The translations under genes and the position numbers were made by a program. A model generated the notes under the pieces. It saw only the letters and a list, made by a program, of their open reading frames with translations. It was not told the origin of the DNA and searched no databases. A DNA stretch of 64,000 nt from Glycera tridactyla (Eukaryota), in the NCBI GenBank assembly GCA_965644265.1, contig OZ286461.1:42098001-42162000 (forward strand), written 5' to 3'. Below are positions 63,296 through 64,000 of this stretch, piece by piece. Numbering within the stretch: position 1 is the stretch's first letter; each line of letters begins with the position of its first letter.

Positions 63296-64000
63296 GCCGA
63301 ACATTTCACCGACAGTATTATACCCGGAAAAAAATGTAATAGGCTATAGATGAATATAGAGCTGAATTAGCATGTCTGTGTCCAACTATGAAGATTCTTG
63401 TTCATGGAAGATGAGTAATGTCCTTGTACATATGCTCGTGTCGGTTTGAGTTTCATGCTTTCAGAGTTTGCGACTTCGCAAATTATCATCTGTTGGTCAT
63501 ATTCCCGGAATCTGAGCATTTTCATCAAGATTTCACACATCTGGGATCATCTATATGATATTTCATTCAACAAGAAGTGTCAAAATCATTCCTCCGATCT
63601 TGGAAGAAGTTGATTACTTAGGCATTTGAAGCGATCTGTCGTTTCTGTGCCGATGGCCGAACGATAGGACACTTCGAGAGAGTGTTACCTCTCATCAGTA
63701 TACTTCATTCGAAAACGGTATATATAAAATCTTTTAATAAAGTAACCAATTTCAGGGATGATTTCTCAATATTTGCATGATCAGGGCCTCGTGAGATTCT
63801 GTGTCAGGTATAATATGTGGAGCATGATTCGACCTACTCGATCACCGTGTACTCTTGCTTTTATACCAGAGCCAAATCATGTGTGAGCATTTTTTCTAGG
63901 CTCACTTCGACGACTCTTATTGTTTTTGTAGCTCTCCTTCTCCCCTAGCCCCTACCCCACCTCCTCTCATTCAACAAGTTCTCCAATGTGCGCCTTCAAG

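Noticed and set aside
63660-63700. Hammerhead-like CTGATGA...GAA on the minus strand (a similar weak case lies at ~29040-29100)
   Set aside because: It lacks the GAAA core and convincing stems I and III.

Overview
This is eukaryotic, repeat-rich metazoan DNA, probably from a protostome or lophotrochozoan invertebrate (inferred from the receptor sequence). It has 9 N-runs and no prokaryotic features. The only recognisable host gene is a + strand tachykinin receptor (TkR99D/TACR-like GPCR). Two internal exons (42915-43112, 54487-54637) splice in frame across an 11.4 kb intron, and its first and last exons were not found. Most of the window is therefore probably intronic. The dominant feature is a ~7.4 kb near-full-length, decaying L2/CR1-group LINE on the - strand (~13595-20970) with an unusual layout: a long ORF1 (disordered N-terminus, coiled coil, RRM, CTD), then a separate, intact 298-aa SGNH/GDSL esterase ORF, then APE-RT ORF2. 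The best candidate for something new is a canonical 264-nt GT-AG intron (18419-18156) in the element's own sense. It joins a 22-codon exon at the end of ORF1 in frame to the esterase. A second, weaker intron candidate would supply the start codon that ORF2 otherwise lacks. Other content includes a hAT-like element with a 5-bp TSD, a pogo-like MITE, SINEs (one with a possible tRNA+5S chimeric head), degraded L2, RTE and DIRS-like fragments, and 81-, 26- and 71-bp minisatellites. All assignments come from motif reading; no searches were run.
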